The position numbers and the translations under genes were made by a program. A stretch of 64,000 nt of DNA from Guillardia theta CCMP2712 (Eukaryota; Protista; Cryptophyta), in the NCBI RefSeq assembly GCF_000315625.1, contig NW_005434666.1, positions 62,001 to 126,000 on the forward strand, read 5' to 3'. The notes beneath the pieces are model-generated. The model was not told the DNA's origin and searched no databases. It saw nothing but the letters and a program-made list of their open reading frames with translations. The number at the start of each line of letters is the position of its first letter. Positions within the stretch are counted from its first letter, which is position 1. This document shows, piece after piece, positions 60,275-64,000 of this stretch.

Positions 60275-63200
60275 CTACTCTTCAACTTCCACATCCGCCT
60301 GCTCCAGTGAACGGGCGAGAAGCTCCTGCTTGTACTCCATGGAGGCATCCTGCTGCCAGTCCCAATAGTTGATGGAGACGAGCCGGTAGCCTGCCGATCT
60401 CAGGGCGCGTCTCTTGATTCTCGTGCTCCCGAGAGGAAGCTGCGAGCCTTGACCTGGAGAGGAGGGTGAGAGGAGGGTGAGAGGAGGAGGAGGAGAGGAG
60501 GAGGAGAGGAGGAGCGCACAGAAGTGTGAAGGTCCGTCGAATTCGACAATGATGTTTGCTTGCGGTATCCAGCAGTCAAGGGAATATCCGGTCTTGTTGT
60601 CCACACGCTCATCGAGCACCTGGTAGCCCATGCTTCTCAACACGCTGCTCATGTTGGCCTGTTGGGTCGACGAGAGCGAGACCTCCTCGCTGGATTCCTT
60701 GAAGCTCTGCTGCCATGATGAGAGAGCATGGGACTGGCCGAGGGGAAGGAGGGGAGTAGGGAAGGAGAGAAGCAAGAGAGAAGGAAAGCGAGCAGGGGAA
60801 GCGGAGTAGTAAAGGAGAGAGTTGAGAAACAAGTATTCGAAAGACAAGGGAGAGGGTGAGGCTGTGCAGGAATTTAGGATACGTCACCTTGAAGCAATCT
60901 TCCTTGAGCTGGTCTATTAGCTTTTTGTCGAACCCCTCCTGCTCGTCAACTGGGTTGATGATGAGGAACTGATGAATCTGAAAGCCATGTCAGCCTCCCG
61001 GCATTTCGAGGAGAAGACGATAGAAGGGGCCATGGAATTTGAAAGATCAGAGGGAGACGCACGAATGAGGAGGAGGAGTAACCTGGGCCTTTGCAGGAGC
61101 GTCCAACTTTGTCCTCCGAGCTATGACTGCATGCAAAATCCACTTGATGATGCTTGAGGAATTGGGAGGGAGAAATGGACTCAAAACTGCTACACTCCAA
61201 GCAAACAAGGCAACATACTGTCCACGAGTCATGTAACGCTGAAAATGTAGCAGACAAGGAACGATTTTGCAAGAGGATTAAAGGAGAGAAGGAGAGAAGG
61301 ACCGAGAAAAAGGAGGAAAGGAGTTGAGAGCGAAGTAACACAGAGGTCAGTGAGGAGTCAGGAGGGAACAAGAGGGGCAGACAACAGGTCGAATCACCTG
61401 CGAGCTGAAAATAGAGTGATCCTGACTTATAACCCTTCCAAGGTTTCTATCCAGCAGTGCAGCATCTTCGATGTACAGGAAGGCTTGAGCACGAAGCAAG
61501 CTTGCTGCAGCCTAGCAGTTTTGAGCCTCAGCCGACAATGTCTCTATTCCCTCTCCATGCTATCCTCGCCTATTCTACTTCAAATCGACTGCCGCTGCAT
61601 TTCCTTCCTATCTACCTTTGCGCATCTCTTGTCTCCGACCTCTCCATCATCTCACTTTCAAAGGCTCTTCACTCTCGTCACCTGAGGATCGATCTGTCGC
61701 TCGGGCCTCTTCCTCAATGCAGCGCTCATGTGACCCCAAATCTCCTCGTCTCGCCATCGGAGCTGGCGGGAGGTGATTCCGATCAGGTGAGCAAGAAGCA
61801 AGTTTCCATCTTCACCTGCACCATTGCGCTCGAAATCGAAGCAGCATGAAATTCATTCAGCTCTCGAGGATTCAAGAGCAGGAGGAGGCGCTTGAGGTGC
61901 TGGTACAGTTCCATATCCTCCAGCCCTGCCCTGCCGCGCCTGTCAATAGAGCTCCCGAGGGGATACGGAGGATGAATGCGAGGACCTAGAGAAATCTCTG
62001 AACAGGGAGGACACGCATTGGATGCTGTAGGAGCCTGCCGCCTGCTGCGACTGAACCGCGGAGCTGCATCGCGGGTTACGGTGAAAGCTCAGCTGAGGGA
62101 GTTGGCAGACCTGAGGAACTGAAGTATGTCGTTGCTGAGCATGTCCACTCGCAAGAACGCGTTGAGGAGCATCGAGACCTCTGCCGCGGCAGAGCAGAGC
62201 AAGGAGGAGAGGGTCAGCAGTCGGTGCTCGAAGCCGGGCAACGGCCATGGCAAGGGCTCACCCTGTGGGCTCAGCTCGTCGAGGTCGAGCTGCTGGACGA
62301 CCTTGGAGATGTGCTGGAAGAGATTCTGGTCGAAGAATTGGAGGCGGATGAACGAGGTGATGAGAGAGGAGATAGTCTTGGAATCTGCATCCCACAAGCT
62401 CCGTTTCGACCTGTTGAGGTCCGACAAGATGTTTCTGTTGGGCAAGAATCATGCGCGAAAAGGCAGCTTTGAGGAGGAAGTGAAGGAAAGGATGGGGGAA
62501 AGAGAAGACAGCTGGAGGAGGGAGGGAGGAGGGAGGAGGGAGGAGAGTAGGATAGGCAGGCATCCAGGTGAAAGATAGCAAAGAGACATCAGGAATCATT
62601 TAGAACCGAACTTGATGAAAGGGGGAAGGGAACAATCAAGACATTGTGACCTCCCAACAATCTCTGACTGAAACGTCTTGCTCGCTTCTAGCAAAAACCT
62701 TTCATCCTTGAGATCCACCCTGGCCATACTTTCCAAGACTGAGGCCAAGGAGCTGCGATTCAAGTTAGGGGATCAGCACAGTACACGGGAATGAACAACG
62801 TTGGATGCTTCTGTTCCGCAGGCAGATTTCGGTACAACTTGACCGTCAGCCTCCATCTGTCGATCCAGGGTGAGATGAGGTCGGAGGAGGATGAAATCGC
62901 ACATGTTTTCATCTCTAACATTCGCACGGGCAAGAGCTTGAGAAACCAGCACTATCGTGCCTGCCATGTCCCTCTTTGACACCGCTCCTCCTCCTCCTCC
63001 CTGGAGGCTCGTCCTCTTGCCGCCCTCCTCACCATCCTCCCACCTGGCAAGAAGACACGAATGACCAGGAGCAAGATGAATCAAGTCCCTTGCGAAAATC
63101 AAATCATCTTACCATTCGTTCAACAATGTCGTGATGCGCGCCAACAGCAGGTCGGTGACAGCCCTGATCCTCCGAAGCTTGTCCTCCTCCTCATCAGCTC

Positions 63201-64000
63201 CGCCTCCAACCTCTTGCCCGTGCGCGAAGGAAGCAAGCAGCTTGCACCCGAGCTCGAGAGAAACGTCTTTCATCTTCCCCTTCTCAACCCACGACATCAC
63301 CACATCTTCAATCCTTTCACAGAGCCTCTCAGGAAGTGCCAAAGGACTGAGTTACAAGGAACCTGTGCACTGAAGAGGCGACCGAGGAGGAGTCCGGATG
63401 GGATTTCAGACCGTTGATCATCGTGTTCAGGCTGAGAATTTGCACGACCTGCAATCTTGACCGGTCGCTCCCATGGATGATCTTGCTAAGCTTCTCCACT
63501 GACTCCTTCTCAATCATTCTGAGCTTCGCAATCGCACCTCCTATGATGATTGCCTCCTGCCAGCCGGTCATCCTCGTTACGAGGGCAAGAAAACTTACGT
63601 CAGGAGAGAGCTTGCCAGAGTCGCAGAGGGCCAGGAGGTGTCGGTGCAAGTCTGACTGAAACCCGTCCTCCACCTTGGCGGTAAGCCGAGCGATTGCGCT
63701 CATGATGGAGGCAAGGTCTTGCGAGGAGACCCAGGAGAACGCGAACGCTCGCATGCAAGTCTCGAGCTTCTTGACAGCCTCAAGCGAGCATTGCCCACTC
63801 TTGGCCAGCGCAGAGAAGGTTGAACTTGTCTCTCGTCCTCTTGGCGGCTTGTTGGTTGAGATGGCATCGTCGAGGTGACGGATGAAATCCTGTTCCATGT
63901 GCCTCCAGAGTTCTGTATCAAGAACTCCTGCTTGCAGGAAGGAAATAGCTGAGAATACCCTTAGACACATGTGACGTGTTAGATGGATCATATACCGAAT
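60275..64000 (-). CDS. RAP-domain helical-repeat (FASTK/OPR-like) organellar RNA-binding protein; 5' end beyond the window
   Basis: C-terminal GYSLDCWIPQANIIVEFDGPSHF..LGSTRIKRRALRSAGYRLVSINYWDW; upstream helical repeats such as SQDLASIMSAIARL and KTISSLITSFIRLQFFDQNLF. Confidence 0.88.

Overview
Eukaryotic nuclear DNA with three N-gaps, many short GT-AG introns (often ~40-60 nt), microsatellite-filled longer introns and bipartite signal+transit presequences. These traits fit an alga with a complex red plastid, most likely a cryptophyte such as Guillardia theta (inference, not verified). Genes I reconstructed by manual splicing: a PHO80/P-type cyclin, a 3'-incomplete uroporphyrinogen-III methyltransferase, a signal-peptide-bearing Ppx/GppA phosphatase, a Tudor-like protein, a Ty3/gypsy RT fragment, a frameshifted LRR-TM-kinase-RING receptor, a BIR-C2-IQ protein, a Val-type Fpg/Nei glycosylase with SAP domain, a SAM-domain protein, a class I GATase fused to a gamma-glutamylcyclotransferase-like domain, an HSF-like protein, a class 3 lipase, a 3'-incomplete NDUFAF6, an APS kinase, a peroxiredoxin-like selenoprotein, a large IPT/TIG membrane protein and a RAP-domain protein. 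The strongest findings are: (1) a plastid-targeted UxxC selenoprotein with an in-frame UGA and a type II SECIS; (2) a non-RD tyrosine-kinase-like receptor with a WNK-like displaced catalytic lysine and a C-terminal RING; (3) the GATase-GGCT-like fusion; (4) the BIR-C2-IQ architecture; (5) oriented CpG-poor ACCC-rich tracts upstream of genes. Exon boundaries are hand-derived and approximate, and family assignments rest on recalled motifs rather than database searches.
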